Assembly (NCBI RefSeq): GCF_000181795.1
Contig: NW_003526941.1
Location: 4,746,425 to 4,800,338, forward strand
Direction: 5' to 3'
DNA: 53,914 bases
Origin: Trichinella spiralis
Taxonomy: Eukaryota
The notes under the pieces were generated by a model. It made no database searches. It saw nothing but the letters and a program-made list of their open reading frames with translations, and had not been told where the DNA came from. The stretch's first letter is position 1, and each line of letters begins with the position of its first letter. The position numbers and the translations under genes were made by a program. This document shows positions 52,894-53,914 of this stretch, piece after piece.

Positions 52894-53361
52894 AAATTTA
52901 TGCGCTGCTCAGAATTGAAAATTCGATACTTCAACCGAAGGTAAAGCAATATGCTATTCGTCTAATTCACTTACTATACTGTTTAGAATTTTCAGTTTCA
53001 CCGCCATTCAGTCATTCGATGTATGGACATGGCGATGATTCAGCAGCGGAAAGTTGAAAAGAACATACATACATATGTAAGTGGAAAATCTATATTAGTC
53101 TTTTTTTCATTTTCGATAATTTTCAATTTCACAATCGACATTCTGATGTAACTTTTAAAAACTGAAAAATACCCTATCAATAACGTTGCTGCATGTGAAT
53201 AATGCTATTTATGTTTAGCGGTTGATTTAATACGAAGAAGAAATTTTCAGATTTTTATAAAATTCCTTTTGATTACTCACTATTTTACTCATTCCTATTT
53301 CTAGATTAACTTTATTATTGACAAGCATGATCAGGAAATTGAAGCTTGTGATGAACTGTAG
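52894..53361 (+). CDS. Possible 3' part of a small spliced gene of unknown function
   Basis: Two phase-0 GT-AG introns (52941-52995, 53077-53304) keep one frame open: EIYALLRIENSILQPK-FHRHSVIRCMDMAMIQQRKVEKNIHTY-INFIIDKHDQEIEACDEL*. No 5' exon found. Confidence 0.3.
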
Positions 53362-53914
53362 CTGTAAAGAAAACAGACGGCAAGGCCACGTATAAAAATT
53401 TGCATGAAAATTCGGGTAAACAAGTATGACACCTATTTTTCATAACGTTCGACAATTATAACTTTCACGACCATTGATGTAAAAACACGCTAGAACAGTA
53501 TACGAGATACATGTTTAAAATATTCTATATAATACTATTCTACGATACTGTCGTATAGCCAAAATAGCGCAAATATAAATAAAATTATTAATTTAGTTTC
53601 AAAGCTGAAGTTAGGTCAAATTATTTCATCAATGTTAGGTGCGTCTCGTTAACATGCAAATTTTCATGTGTGGCTTTGCCGTTTGTTTGCGTAGCAGTTA
53701 TAGCTCACGATATATATTTATATATAACATCATCTAATATGATTATTCTGTACCATTTAATGGTACCTAGAAGTGGGGAATATCATAATGTTTAATGTGG
53801 TGAAGTTGTAAAAAATGCATTGCTGTTGTTGTGAATTTATGCTGACAATGGCGGAAATTCTATTTTACTCGACGTAATGAAAAGCAGACACAGTAAGGCT
53901 CGTTACGAAGAATG

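Overview
AT-rich eukaryotic genomic DNA, almost certainly the clade I nematode Trichinella; the thymidylate synthase matches my recollection of the T. spiralis enzyme. Genes are split by many short (about 50-90 nt) GT-AG introns, so the ORF track shows only exon fragments. I reconstructed 16 multi-exon genes by reading splice sites by hand. In order: an Lhx3/4 (ceh-14) LIM-homeobox gene, a secreted CX-module protein, PAXBP1/GCFC, a 9x CBM14 peritrophin-like protein, cystinosin, prefoldin 6, thymidylate synthase, an ALK4/5/7-like TGF-beta type I receptor, phosphatidylserine synthase, TSEN34, a CEP350-like protein, Nit2 omega-amidase, PEBP, a secreted 4x Cys-repeat protein, a SMYD methyltransferase and GCP2. 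No rRNA, tRNA, CRISPR or clear transposon was seen. I found no clearly new biological system. The best leads are: a CAP-Gly-less CEP350-like protein, two probably lineage-restricted secreted proteins, an activin/TGF-beta-class receptor with a variant L45 loop, candidate GC-AG introns, candidate operons, a recurring TACWGTA motif near gene starts, an NHSC-to-DHSC change in the SMYD SET domain, and a possible stop at codon 3 of GCP2. Exon boundaries are manual predictions and several 5' ends are uncertain.
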